Positions 1 to 13,401 of a DNA stretch of 64,000 nt are shown one piece after another; position 1 is the stretch's first letter; each line of letters opens with the position of its first letter. Below the pieces are notes generated by a model that worked only from the letters and a program-made list of their open reading frames with translations, was not told where the DNA came from and searched no databases. Position numbers and translations under genes: made by a program. This DNA comes from the human T2T-CHM13v2.0 reference genome, Homo sapiens, in NCBI RefSeq assembly GCF_009914755.1, contig NC_060929.1. One strand, 5' to 3'.

Positions 1-220
1 CAGGATCACATTAGTCAAAAATAATGTAATTATACATTTTAAAATAACTTGAAGAGTATAAGTGGCTTGTTTGTAACACAAGGGATAAATGCTTGAGGTG
101 ATGGATATTCCATTTACCCTGATATGATGATTACACATTGCATGCCTGTATCAAAATATCTTATGTAGCCCATAAATATATATGCCTACTGTGTATCCAT
201 GAAAATAAAAAAATAAAAAG
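1..220 (+). mobile_element. L1 3' end, L1MA2/3-like (cut by window edge)
   Basis: Typical L1MA 3'UTR text 'ggataaatgcttgaggtgatggatattccatttaccctgat...catgcctgtatcaaaatatc', followed by an A-rich tail. Confidence 0.85.
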
Positions 221-1419
221 ATAGCATTCTAGGCAAAAGAATAGAAGTTTTAATGGCTTATTTTGTTGTGTCCTCCTTGACACTCTATAAACAATAAACA
301 ATTCAGTTACTTTTCTCAAGCCGAAATTTCATTTGGGACATTTTGAACACTGGGGCATGAAGGATATGTATATTCAAATTTATGTAAAATGTCTATACAC
401 TAATAATGGAAACCAGGATAGAGTGCTACTATGACAATAACAATTGGATCCTGCCAGTGTCCTCAGCCAGGTGATATTTCAAGTATAGTTTTTGAATAAC
501 TGTTTACACAGGAGTTTGCTTAAGCAGTACCATGAGTTTGTATAAGATATGCAACACAAGTAACTTTGCACATTTAAAATTTAAAGGGACCTGGAGATTT
601 ATTGATCACTGGTGGCTTTTAATTAGATGGCATGAATAGAAGGGAAAGATTAAAAATCTTAGAAAGCACTCAAAATACTTGAAAAAAAATCTAAAATAAA
701 ACCCACAAATATTTCCTCACTCTTTCAGGTAGCAATAAAACTATAAGTCATCTAGACCTTTGTGGAAAGTAGGTAAAATTTCCTAGCATTTTAAAAAACT
801 ATTTGTGAAGGAAAAAGAGCAAAAAAGAACAGGGCATGAAAATTCTTCTAAAGACATAAACGTATACCTCATACCTCCTGTCACTCCCACCATTTCCCTT
901 CTGAAGCAGAACAGTCTGGATAATGTTTTCAAGTATGAATTCTTTTCACCAGTCCCTTTCCTACACCATGTTCTGTTTCAATTTTGAAACTTATTTGAGT
1001 CAGAGCTGGAAATGACTGTAATTAATTCATATATCATATAAAAGAGAGCACAAGAAAATTAAAAATGGCCCCACCCAAGAGAATATTTAAAGCATCTCTT
1101 CCTGGAGACTTTCAGGGAATTTTGGAGAATGACTGGGAACAGCTCTTATTCAGTATCCCTCATGAGATGTATGAGCTCTTCCTCCTTTACCCCAACAGCT
1201 CTTCTTCATATGTTGTAGAGTAAGAGTCCTCCTAGAGTGATAACCTTAAACAAACTCCTAAAGGCTACTTAAGGATAAGTGACACTTTCAGCAAACATCA
1301 AAGCTAGATTCCAAGGAAGTCTCGACTTTAAGCTGTCTTAAAGCAAATTGTAAATTTTACTGACACTTGTGTTCACAATTAAAAAGAAAAGAAAAAAATA
1401 TACGTATATATATTTCTAT

Positions 1420-1824
<405 letters not shown>

Positions 1825-2169
1825 TTAAAAGCTAGTGAAAGTGTTTTCATAGAAATGTTATTTAATCACTAGGAAAAAATTGTACCAAGATAAGTAAAAC
1901 GACTATACAACTGTGATTCAAAGCTTCAGAAAAGCATTTAGTGTTGTTTAATACACTGTTTAAATGTATTAAATTAATATTGCTTGGCATTTTAGATATT
2001 TGCTCATCTTTTGGATTCCCAAAAGTATTTGAAATTAGAAAATTATTTAAAATAGAACTAATTTTGAAAATGTTGTATTGCTATTGACCAACTAGATTAT
2101 GTAATAATTATATACTCATGTATATTACTTAATTTGGTTTCTGAGAAAAATAATTTGAGGATGAGGTTA

Positions 2170-2335
2170 GTAACTATTTATATGGCAACTGCTATGTGCC
2201 AGGTGCCAGGCTTTGTTCTAAAAGCTCTGTATACGCTGACTGATTTCCTCATCCCAGGACGAGTATTATGCCCAATTTACAGATGAGGAAATGGAAAGTT
2301 ATGTAGCTTTCCAGTGGTCACTGGTAGAGCTGAGT
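2170..2335 (-). mobile_element. MIR SINE relic
   Basis: Reverse MIR core 'ttatgcccaatttacagatgaggaaatgga' and 'ctatgtgccagg'. Confidence 0.75.
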
Positions 2336-5300
2336 CTTTAATGACTTCTTAATTTGATCCTTGTGGGGCATCTCTGACCTCAATAACTGGTCTACTTATA
2401 CTGATTTTTGAGGGTAGAAAAAGAAGAAATTTAACTAACATTAAAAAATTGGCCAAAGATCTAGGTGTTCTTCTTTGTCAAAACAAAAAAATGTTGAAAA
2501 GTCTTACATGAGTTTTGGTGACTCATTCAAGCCACAGATGTCCAGATCCCAATACCTCCATTGACTCAAGCCAGTTGTCACACTCAACCCCACTAAATGT
2601 TTGTTCACAGCTCTACTTTCTCATTTCTCCTGTCACAAAGGGGTAAGGAACGAATTGAAGGAGCCTGTCAGCATTTACCCTCCCACTTGTCATTTTTGGC
2701 TAGGCCACGCTTTAACCAATTTTCATCTGCACTTTGAGCAAACCTCAAACTGCAGTCATGTCTTTTAAAACTTTGGGACATTGTTTCTCTGACCAAATTA
2801 GCTATATGTTGAAGCAGTATGATGACTATAGACAAAGGAAGTTGGTAAGGGAGTTATAAATAGTAACTAATTCCTAATGCCTTGTAGGAATTTGGTAGCA
2901 GAAAGTAAATAAAAACATTTTCGACTGTTCTATGTCACCACTTTTATTTTTTTGAAGATATGCTTAATATTCCTTCTTGAATGCCTGCCTGAAAATTACT
3001 ATTCAGTTTGAGAAAACTAAGGAATCCGTGTCAATTAGAGAGTTTGCTAATTGAGAGCCTCTAATTAAAGAGCCTACCTACATTGAGAATATAGATAGAA
3101 CTAAAATTCAAATGGTGACACTCCAGTGACGCTTTCTAGAGCTGAACCAAGTTCTGGTACATGGATTTTTAGAGAAATGGATTAACTCAAGGGTCAAACT
3201 TCCCTTAGACATATATCTCAAAATTCTTCTAGGAAATGAAAAGTTCAAGTCCAATTCAAGTTTAAATTATTTATATATTAAGTAATTAAATATGCAGTCT
3301 ATAATGTAGAATAGAAAGGTGTTCATTCACATTGCTCATTTTAAAATTCAGTTTCTGAATAGGAATATACTTTCCTTTTCTATGCCTAGAAAGAAGCATT
3401 ACAACAAATGTGTATGATGAACCACAAGTTTCTTAAATAAAATGTGCTCACAGATTTTTTCGTCTGCCATTATTTTATATTTTGATACAAGTTCATTTAC
3501 AGGACTCTTACCATTCCTAAGAATTCAATGTCTTGCTATATTCCTTTCACATAAACACAAGCACTTTGTTAAAAAATACATACCAAATATTAAAAGATAG
3601 ATGGTCTTGGAACAATTTCATATCACACCGGATTGCAAAACAAATGAGTCCTTGTATCAAGGTACATTGGTAATTTCTGGATATGAATAACATTAAAAAG
3701 AATGAGTTTATTGAGGAGGCAGAACCATTGAATTCTCAAGGCTGGGTGTATACTCGCTTCAATGTTAATGGCACTTGTGTTTTCACACTTTTGGAGAAAC
3801 AGACTTCTGTTCATTTGTTGCTTTTTGTATGGAATTCCTTATACCAATAAATTTTAAAATGTTTTTTATTATGTTTAGTGTAACATAATTTTTAAATGGA
3901 TACTCTTTTGTTATCTAAAGCACCATATAGATAGTTTTTCTGATAACGAGGAGCACAATTTACATGTTAAAAACTATGTTGATAAATTTAACACTGAAAA
4001 AAGAATAACCAAAATAGAGCAGACTTTACTTTTTGATTGCAATGATTTTGTGTTTGCCTTCCAAAAAGAAAAACAACAGGGACAAACAGTAATGTTTAAT
4101 GTTTGGAAACTGCCAAAGCAGTCATATAATTTCATTGTTATACCTAGTCCAGAAAAACGCAAGTGTACAGAAAATGATTCTCCCATTAAAGGACATTTTA
4201 CCTCTATCTTTACTTAGATTCAGAATATCTAAGTAATATAGCTCTAGACAGCTTCAGCCTCTACTAATGCTCAAAAGAAACTGCCTAATAAATATATTTG
4301 CAGCACATAAGCTCGTATGGTAGCTTACCATAGTTATGTTCTATTTCTTGGATATGAAGCCGTTGAAATGGAAAGTATTAAGGCCTTTCCAAAGGGAACT
4401 ATTTTTGATAGTTTATTACTTGCCTTGAGCTTACAGTTGTAAGGTTCTGACTTTATTAATTCATACATACTGTATTATTCCCAAAATGTTTAAATTTGCT
4501 TTTAGGGTCAGTTGCTCTGTTATCAGTAGTCTCTTATGAAGAATGCCAGATTTCTATGAAATGAAAACCAATGCTTAAAGTAACGTTATAAAACAGTAAT
4601 TTGAGAGCAATTAGTTCTTGAGCATCATAAGAAATATATATATGTTACCAATTTCTCTCGAAGAGGAGTTTTCTTCCTTCTTCTTGATTACCTACATTTT
4701 AAATATACTTTTTTGAAATAATATTTAGGAATTATAAGGGATATTTCTAAATTTTATATTTTAAAATTTCAGAATATTTTTAAAACTCATAAATACTAAT
4801 GCAACATAGTAAAATTTGAATTATAAATATTTCCAATTTGTATTAAAAAGTTGGTGGAGAAAGATCTTTTAGGTCCACCAATATTAAAATTTCTTTGTCT
4901 TAATACACAACTTTTATGACTCTTCCATAATTGCACTACAATTAGATTTTAATTCAACGTAGAAGTCTAGATGATATGAATTTTTTAAAATAGAGGATAC
5001 AAGAGGATTAAATTGGTTCTTTTTACAAGTAATTGTTAACAGACATTGTTGGAGGTAAAGAGAATTCTTTTTGCTATAACAAAATACCTTTAAATTTAAC
5101 TATATAAAATAGGAAACATTGGGCATCAGAAAAGATAGTTTTACAAAGGATTGATCAAGTTGATAGTCTACTAATGGATTTTACTGAGATAGTGCTCCTT
5201 AAACACTGTTTTCTGAGAATGTGGGGTTATATTTTCCATTGATAGTGATAGGAATTGATGGATAAATAGAATACATTATGAATCTGAAATCAATGTACAA

Positions 5301-5971
5301 TGGAATGGCAATTAAAAAAATAGCTATCATATACCCTACGTAATCAAGCCTTAGCTGAGGCCATGATTTCAAAATATTTTTTAACCTTTTCTGAAGACAA
5401 TTATAAACATATATTGTGGCATAATTAAATTTCAGTTTAACAAATTCATCAGTCATTTTGGTATTATGATAAGAATTATAAATCTCATAGCTTGGTGCAA
5501 AAATTATTCATCAGTCCTATAAAGCAATTGGTATTAAAGAGTTGGTATTAAAGGCGACCTTTGAAACATTAATACCTATTCTGCTTGATTTTCACCCTTT
5601 GTAAATTCTTATAACCAATTTGTAGAAATATGTGGAAAACATTTGTAATATGAAATCAACTATTAATTATTTAGAGAATGGTATCCAATTTGTGAAATAT
5701 CTAGTAACTACCTTCTGGTTGGCCACTGTGTTGCCATTTTATCATCTTACAAATACCTATCAGAGAGAAAGCAAACCAAAGTAAACCAAATAAACCAAAA
5801 ATAAAGCAAACCCAAACCTGCTTAGTTTTGTTGGTATTTAATTGTTTTAAGAAAAATTTGATTTGGAAAGATGGAAATTGAGATTTTGACTTAATAACTG
5901 GATTTTAATTTTATCCGGCTTTTGTTGATATTATGGAGGTGGTGTAAGAAGTGATTTATGGCTGTGTATGG

Positions 5972-5972
<1 letters not shown>

Positions 5973-6008
<36 letters not shown>
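5973..6008. repeat. (TG)18 microsatellite
   Basis: Perfect TG run read directly. Confidence 0.97.
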
Positions 6009-6018
<10 letters not shown>

Positions 6019-7994
6019 ACTGAAAACACTGCCACGCAAATAAAGCTGAAATAGGAAAAATAATAGAGCATAAGCAAATACTTTTCCCAAAATTAACACA
6101 TTAAATCTGATCAGCAACCACAGTGATGGAAAGAGGCCATTGCTATTCTCGACTAGTAAGGAAAAGAAACCAAACCAAGGAGATAGGGTTTATTGCCAAA
6201 TATAAAACTAATTTTAAGACAAAATGCTAGTAAAATTATGCCAAACAGTTTTTTAAAAGAAAATTGAATATTGACTAGAATTTTAAGTGGTGTTTTGTTT
6301 AATGAAATCTCAGTGTTAATAAGTTTCTTTTTTAAACAAAAACAAAAACAAAACAAAAAACAAACAAAAGACAGCAAGATCTTTTGAGTTTGGTTTCCTA
6401 CCAGGTTAGCCTTGAGAGACAGGTTGGCCATAGGGGCTTAACTGTTCTAGCCTCCATCTTTGTGATGTAATTGTTTTGAGTCTCTAGGAGAATATGTGAG
6501 AAATACAGGAGAGTAGATCTATAAAGTACACTTTGTTCTCTCCAGTGGATCCTTAAGGTTTCATGATTTCACCTCTTCATTATCACTTGTTTGACTTTAT
6601 CATCAAGATTAATTTGTTCTTCCAAATGGATTATTCAAGTTTATTTTAAAAATCTGTGTATTTTCCTTTTCTGTAGATTCTCCAAAATAGCTATAAGAGA
6701 AGGGCCACTAAAAGGCTTCAATTTTGCTGAATTGTTGGCATCTGAGTTATGTGACTTATTTGCACAGGGAAATATGTTGGGTTTTCAGGAGAATTCATGG
6801 CTTGTCTTTTTTTTTAACTGCCTAGTAAGACTTGCAATGTGACATTTGACTTTGAAAAAAGATACTGCACTAACAATTTTAAATTGATTAGTATGTACAC
6901 AGCTACTTCTAATTTTTTGGACAAAAGAAAGGAGTACAATCTTTGGCTTTGAAATCATACTATTTGAAGTGATACATTTAGACTTGATACAAAATACAGA
7001 AATGTTTTTAATTCCATACTTCTCTAAACTGCTTGGACCAAAATATATTGTTCTTTTTTTTTTTAATTGATTATCTATAGAGTGAGTGGGGAGAATATGA
7101 CATTGTGGCTAATTATTCATTAGCTGTCTTATTTTTTCCTGGAAAATTCTATGTATGACAGGAACTAATAATTAAAAAATAAAATTCGAAGTAAATAGAA
7201 GAAAAGATTAATTTGTTTTGTGCCACATATGGGCATAGTTGTGGGTTACTGTTGTAGGGACACAGCTCTTGAAAAATGTATTCATTGTTCCTCAATATTT
7301 TAATTGGATTATTTATATTTATTTACATAAATAAAAAATTACCCTTTTATAAAAAAATTCATAGCAAAATATGATAATACCATTGTTCAACTTTTGTAAA
7401 ACAGAATTATGCTATATAACTGTTTCAGTTACAAGTCTAATTTATAAATCTCTCTGAAATATTTATGTTACTTAATGAATAGATCACAGAAAGGTTTCCT
7501 AAAACATTTCCCATTGATTTTTAACCTAAGTTACTTCATATTTTATTTTGGGTGGTCTCCAATTACAAATTCATTTGTAAGTTGTTGTTTTGTAAAACAA
7601 TTTAATCCTGGCATGTAACTTAATTCAGAATTCAATCAGGCTGATTCTATAATATGTTAAAGAGAAAGTACACCGATATGACAAATATGACTTTTACAGA
7701 AAAAATTTAGGATCTGTCCTTGGAAGGAACTCTACTGCTTTATAGGTGTAGAAAGTGAGAGCTGACAAGAAATTCCTCTGGATCTTAGGAAAACAAACGA
7801 ACCATAAAAAGTATTATACTTATAACTATTATGTATCATTCCGACAATTTAGTACAGCATTATAAGAAAGATGACATATCAGCCAATCTCATTTTTAATC
7901 CAATTATATTTAAGAAAGCAGAGCACATACATATAGCTGTACAGCAAGCAGTAAAAAGGAGAGAACTGTGTTTCTCTCATGCACACACATATTT

Positions 7995-8200
7995 GAATGG
8001 ACATAAACATGGGAATAATAGGCACCATGGGCTACTAGACTGGGGAGGGAGGGTGGGTATGGGTTGAAAAACTACCTATTGTTTACTATATTCATTACTT
8101 GGGTGATAGGATCTGGACCCCAAACCTCAGCATGACCCAATATACCAAGCCTGTATATGTACCCTTTTATCTAAAATAAAAGTTGAATTGTTTTTTAAAA
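7995..8200 (+). mobile_element. L1 3' end fragment (L1PA15-17/L1PB4-like)
   Basis: 'gggttgaaaaactacctatt...ccaaacctcagcatgacccaatatacc...ctaaaataaaagttgaa'. Includes the G-rich 3'UTR tract at 8042-8063. Confidence 0.85.
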
Positions 8201-9712
8201 GAAAGGAAGAAAAGCCTCATGGTAATTTTAGTTTGCTGATCATAGTTTTAACTATGAGTAGTGGAAGGGTGTGGAGCCTGGGGGTGGATCACATCTTGTG
8301 GTTGTCTTTACCACAGTCAGCTCAGGGGGCAGGGACTGGGAGGGCAGGATGGTAAACCCTGGAAGCTAGCCAGCCATGGCCATTAATTAACTTGAATGAC
8401 TACATTTCAGAATTTGTGAGGTACAAAGTACTTTAAGTTTCTGAGAAAATGAAGACTTTAAAATCTTCTACAGTTTTCCAATCTGCTCATTAAGTATTCA
8501 CATTTATAGGCAGTTCAACCCTATCTGTGAAAGAGAAAAATTTTCTAAATATTGAAAAGTGGCTTGGTGTTAGTGAAACTATAATACACAGTAAAGACCA
8601 CAGTGTGAATAGTTTAAAGTGACCAAAAAGAGAATCGAAAGAATTGAACCCCTGACCTTAACCAGATTGAGTAGATATTATCTCATAAGAAAGGAAATGA
8701 ATTTGCAGATGACTTCCCAATATACTGGATTACAGAGTGTCTCACAAATCCCTTACTCAGGTAAAAGAGTGATCGTGGTGACTGACAATAATGTTCCTCA
8801 TTTGAAGGAAGGTCTCCCTGAGTTGAAAACAAAATCATCTGGCAAAATAGGGTGATAGTCTTATTTTAAGACAACAGAATTCAGTGTGATACTTCTGTTA
8901 AAAAAAATTGTAGAATGCACTTAATACCTCAAATTGAATGAATTGCATGGTAATAATTATCTCTCTATGTATTCTAGCCAGTTAGTGAAAATGATTCCTT
9001 TATAGACAGGCTAATTGGATTATACATAGAACAATTCAAGATATCTAAAACTATTAGGCTATCGATCAATTGATATGACTCCTGATACTTGAAATAAGTA
9101 AAATTGCCAAAGTCAAAGCCAAAGCCATTTTGGCTGCTTCTCCAACTGTGAAAGTCATTAAAATAAAATTATCTCAAGACCCAATTACTTCATGGATGTA
9201 TTTTAATGGTTATTGTTTTGTTAATCATTTTATTGCAATTAAAAGCTTGCTAAATAGTTCTTTTTAAGTGTCCCAACATTTTTCTTAAACTTGGGTGATT
9301 CTGCAATGGAGGTTTTTTGTAGATCAGTGCCTAATCTGTCCACTTTTTATCCTATACATCAATATCATTGTGGAAAAAAAGATTCTATTTTTTCTTGGTT
9401 TAGATGGAAAATTTAAATACCAATGTCAGATGACAAAACACTTAATCAATAGGCAGTTTATGTCTTTACAGTGAAAGAAATCCCAGGGCAAAATAAAGGA
9501 AAATGGGGGACTATTTTGAAACCTTGAGGGTAATAGCCAGCTAACAATGGTTGGAGTTAAAGCTTGGTCGTGGTAAAACATGCTTCTAGGTGCCATGTTC
9601 CAGGAAAGGTGGAGAGATAGTTGGTGTGAGATAGGCAAAGAGGGTGTGAATTTCAAAGACTAGCTTTCTTATGAACAAAAACATCGTAGTTCTCAAACAT
9701 AGATTTCATCTT

Positions 9713-10545
9713 TTATTTATTCAATAAACTTTCATTGAACATTTACTACATACCAAGAAATTCATATGTGATACAACCCAAAGGTGATTTAGACAGATAT
9801 GTGACTTTAAAGAACTCTTCCTCCTGAAAGGAAATAAACAGTCATGTGCAATGCAATAAATATGATAGTAGGAATATGAACAAAGTAGTAATTTATCAAA
9901 TAGAGCTGTTTTCAGGATGCATACGGCATCGAAAATCCTTAACAAGAAAAATGTATTTTCCCTGATTGAAAAAAGAGTGTCACTATGTATTGGTAGTTAT
10001 ATTTCACAGGGAGTAAGAGTGTGGGAATTTTCAGGGAAGTGGATGGAGTGGGAATTTTCAGGGAAGTGGATGTATTTTAGGCAACATATAAGGTAGAAAA
10101 GTGCATTGTACATCTCCAGAGAAGGAAGGGAATGGGGGAAATGGGGAAGATGGGAGGGGAGTCCAGGAAGATGTGAGTCTGAAAGGCTGGGTCACTAAGG
10201 GCATTGTTCCTTATTTCTAAGGAGATTCAGATTGGTACTATAGGCAAGTGGAAATCATTGGAGAATTTTAACTTTGAGTGCATGGTCAGAATTTTGTTCT
10301 GGGAAAATCATTCCTACGGCAATTAGAAGATGAGTGGAGGCTGGTAACAGGGAATTAGGAGGTTATGACAGATGATGAGAGTCTTTACCTGGGAAGATGA
10401 AGAGGAATTGGAAATAGATGAAAAGTTAAGAGTAAAATGATGGTGATGAATGAAAAGATTTAACTAGCACTTATAGGGTAGCATTGAGAGTAGGGATATG
10501 AGAGGATCTTAAGGTTTTTAGCAAGGGAACTGGATGGGTAATAGT
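9713..10545 (-). mobile_element. L2 relic, interrupted by an inverted-duplication insert
   Basis: Reversed L2 3' end 'tttattcaataaactttcattgaacatttacta', then a purine-rich L2-like body ('aggcaagtggaaatcattggagaattttaa'). Confidence 0.6.
9909..10019. repeat. Left arm of a ~110-bp inverted repeat (pairs with 10820-10934)
   Basis: Manual alignment to the reverse complement of 10820-10934 gives about 8 substitutions and 3 small gaps. Confidence 0.95.
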
Positions 10546-10781
10546 AACTAACTTCTCAGTGTTTATGTACAAACAGCAAATCTATTCAGATGTGTATACC
10601 CCCTTGTTTTCTGTAAAAATATAGCCAGGGTTATATCTTCAGATAGTCTGTGGCAGTATGTATTCTTGGGGAAATTTACTCTGATATATATTTGGAGGAC
10701 AGTTGTCAAAATAAAAATATCAGGCAACTTACACTGTAACACTATAATTTATCAACTTTCTTCAATCTGTAAATCAACTTC

Positions 10782-10814
10782 CTCTCTGTCTCTCTCTCTC
10801 TCTCTCTCCCTCTC
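10782..10814. repeat. (CT)n microsatellite
   Basis: Imperfect CT run next to the right arm of the inverted repeat. Confidence 0.85.
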
Positions 10815-10819
10815 AGTTT

Positions 10820-10934
10820 CTCTCACTCCCTGTGATATATAACTACCAATACATAGTGGCACTGTCTTTTTTTTTATCAGGGGAAAATACACTTTTCTTG
10901 TTAAGGATTTTAGATGCCGTATGCATCCTTAAAA
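10820..10934. repeat. Right arm of the ~110-bp inverted repeat
   Basis: 'actccctgtgatatataactaccaatacatagtg...gatgccgtatgcatcct' is the reverse complement of the left arm. Confidence 0.95.
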
Positions 10935-11542
10935 TGCTTTTGGGAGAAAGGAGCTGTGTAAGTCTTGCATTATTTCATTAAAAATTATGAGTCAACAGGG
11001 CAGAATGTATTCTACAGTTTATGCCTGCCTGTGAACATTAGAACAAATCTCCCAGGTCAGGATTTGGTGGTGGAGTGTGGGAATTTTCCATGCCTTTTAG
11101 CATTGATGCCTATGACTTTTAGTCCAAGTTATCAGTTCAAAATGAATGGGAGCCATTTCCTATTCATTTTGTGAAGTGTGGACAGTGGTTTTGATAAATG
11201 AACAAGGCTTTGGATAATTTGAGTAAAATCCTTTTCTAGGTAACACCTTGTGCACTATAGAGACTAAAAAGAATGACGTTTTAGATAAAGGAAAAATGTG
11301 CATGTGAAGCCTATTGATAGAAAATTCTTTTGGTTATGTTCTGAATCTAAATCTGTAATCATAATAAAGAAATACATCTGTAGGCCTAGGAAGAGGGAAG
11401 GGAAAGGAGGAAAAAGGAGCCAAAATAAATGTTATTGGCAGTACAATAATGTTTTCTGATCATAGATTTTAATAAGAAGCCAAGATGTCTCAATGTAAGT
11501 TAAAAATGTAACATCAACTTTGTAGAGGGGAATTAGGAAGAA

Positions 11543-11579
11543 TACATACACAAACACACACACACACACACTCACACAC
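11543..11579. repeat. Imperfect (CA)n microsatellite
   Basis: CA run read directly. Confidence 0.85.
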
Positions 11580-12951
11580 TACATCATTACAATGACCTTG
11601 AAGTCACAATATTAAAGGAAAAAGATAAAAGAAAGCTGGAAAAACTGGAAGAGTGCTTACTATTCTGCGCGCAGAAAATATTTAATTTAAACACTCTAAG
11701 AAATTACGTCCAAAGAATCATTATCCCAGGAAACATCTATAGAATGAATGTATTTCGAGATCTTCATTACAGTTTAATTTGCATAGATATTTTGGGGAAC
11801 TCTAGGACTCTAAGTGTGTCCCTAGGATTTTATTTGCAGAAATGAAGTAAACTATGGATAAGCTTTTCTCAAGTCTTAAATACTAGGTTTGAGACTGCAC
11901 GAAAGAAGCATAATAGACTCCACTCAGGCACACTCAGGGAGAATATCAAGATAGAGTGTGACACTTTACCCACTGTTAAGGAAGAGACTGAGAGCTTGAA
12001 TGCTGACTCAGGGAATGGGGAAAGAGTGCTTGCTTCCTCAGTGTGGCAATAAGGGAATTGGGCAAGTTCAGCTTGCTGGCAGAACTATGTTACACTGCAA
12101 AGCATGAGACGGGTTCAATGGAGCGAGTCTGAGCAACCCTTTAGGGCAGGGTATCCCAAACTTACCTGACTACTGAAACATGTTTAAGTTACAATGCATT
12201 AATGGAATACCAACAGAAGTGACAGGACATATTGCATACTTTGATCAAAGAAGACCTCAAACATGACCGGTCTTATATCTGATTTAAAAGCTGCAAAAAA
12301 GGGGCAAAACTTATTCATATGTGTGCTGTAGCTTTATAGCACCACCAACCAGATAATTTATTTTATTTCATTAATAACAAGAAACCTAATTATTTCAAGC
12401 TTAAGTATAATAAAATATCAAAACATTTTTATCAGGACAGTATATTAAAAATTATTTTTATAGCATATTCACTTAATATTGTTATATAATATGAAATCTT
12501 ATTTTACATAGGAACTGTGTAGAAAAAAGAGAATAGGAATTGTATATTTTGCAACATTTGGGTAATCTTAGATGGACTGCTCTAAGAATTACTTCAAAGA
12601 CAGGAAAAAATGAGATCCATCAACTTAATTTTGAAATATTCCAAATTTTACTTGTTGACGTGTTTTATTTAGACACAATTTGAAAACGATATGACTCTTC
12701 TTTTGTTTAATTCCCTCCTTTTTCAATTGTAGTTCATGGTAAATGGGATCATGAGGTATACATTTTTCATATGTGACAAACATTAAAACTATACAGTATT
12801 TTACAGTTGTAAAATGCTACTAAAAACCAATCATCTTCAAATAGACAATACATGTCAACCTGAGGGTTAAGTGGTAAATACTGCATCAAGGTGTAGATTA
12901 AAAGTCATAAAGTCGCTCTTGTGACTTCTGGGTGTGCTGGTGTGCATTTCT

Positions 12952-13227
12952 TTCTTTCTTTCTTTCTTTTTTTTTTTTTTTGAGACGGAGTCTTACTCTG
13001 TCGCCCAGGCTGGAGTGCAGTGACGCGATCTCTGCTCACTGCAAGCTCCGCCTCCCAGGTTCACGCCATTCTCCTGCCTCAGCTTTCTGAGTAGCTGGGA
13101 CTACAGGCGCCCGCCACCACGCCCGGCTAATTTTTTGTATTTTTAGTAGAGACGGGGTTTCACCGTGTTAGCCAGGATGATTTCGTTCTCCTGACCTCGT
13201 GATCCGCCCGCCTCCGCCTCCCAAAGT
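12952..13227 (-). mobile_element. AluY, 5'-truncated by ~35 bp
   Basis: AluY diagnostics 'gcaagctccgcc', 'ttcacgccattctc' and 'accgtgttagccaggatg'; many CpGs intact. TSD ggtgtgcatttct (12939-12951) / ggtgtacatttct (13228-13240). Confidence 0.95.
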
Positions 13228-13350
13228 GGTGTACATTTCTTAAAAGCAGAGAATTGTATGACAATTGTAGTTGTTTGCACATTTATTCAAAATTTTCATA
13301 AATTAATATATAAAATAAATGCGGAGACAAAAATACTTCTAGGTATGTGC

Positions 13351-13401
13351 CTCTCTGTCTCTCTCTCTCTCTCTGTGTATGTGTGTGTGTGTATGCGTGT
13401 G
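13351..13401. repeat. Compound (CT)n(GT)n microsatellite
   Basis: Read directly. Confidence 0.85.

Noticed and set aside
3623-3850. Overlapping short ORFs on both strands (63 aa minus; ~55 aa plus, MNNIKKNEFIEEAE...)
   Set aside because: No splice signals or recognisable homology. The 'EFIEEA' likeness to Tec-family kinases is too short, and such lengths occur by chance.
7561-7650. Cluster of short palindromes (also 38520-38545 and 62663-62686)
   Set aside because: Stems of 6-10 bp are expected by chance in AT-rich sequence.
8041-8063. Canonical G-quadruplex motif GGGGAGGGAGGGTGGG
   Set aside because: Part of the known G-rich tract of the L1 3'UTR, so not novel.
8630-8675. tRNA-like text 'gaattgaacccctgacctt'
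   Set aside because: Too short, with no cloverleaf. At most an ancient SINE head remnant.
12001-12012. Maf/AP-1-like motif TGCTGACTCAG (AP-1 cores also near 997, 23492 and 60404)
   Set aside because: Several such 7-mers are expected by chance in 64 kb, and there is no supporting context.
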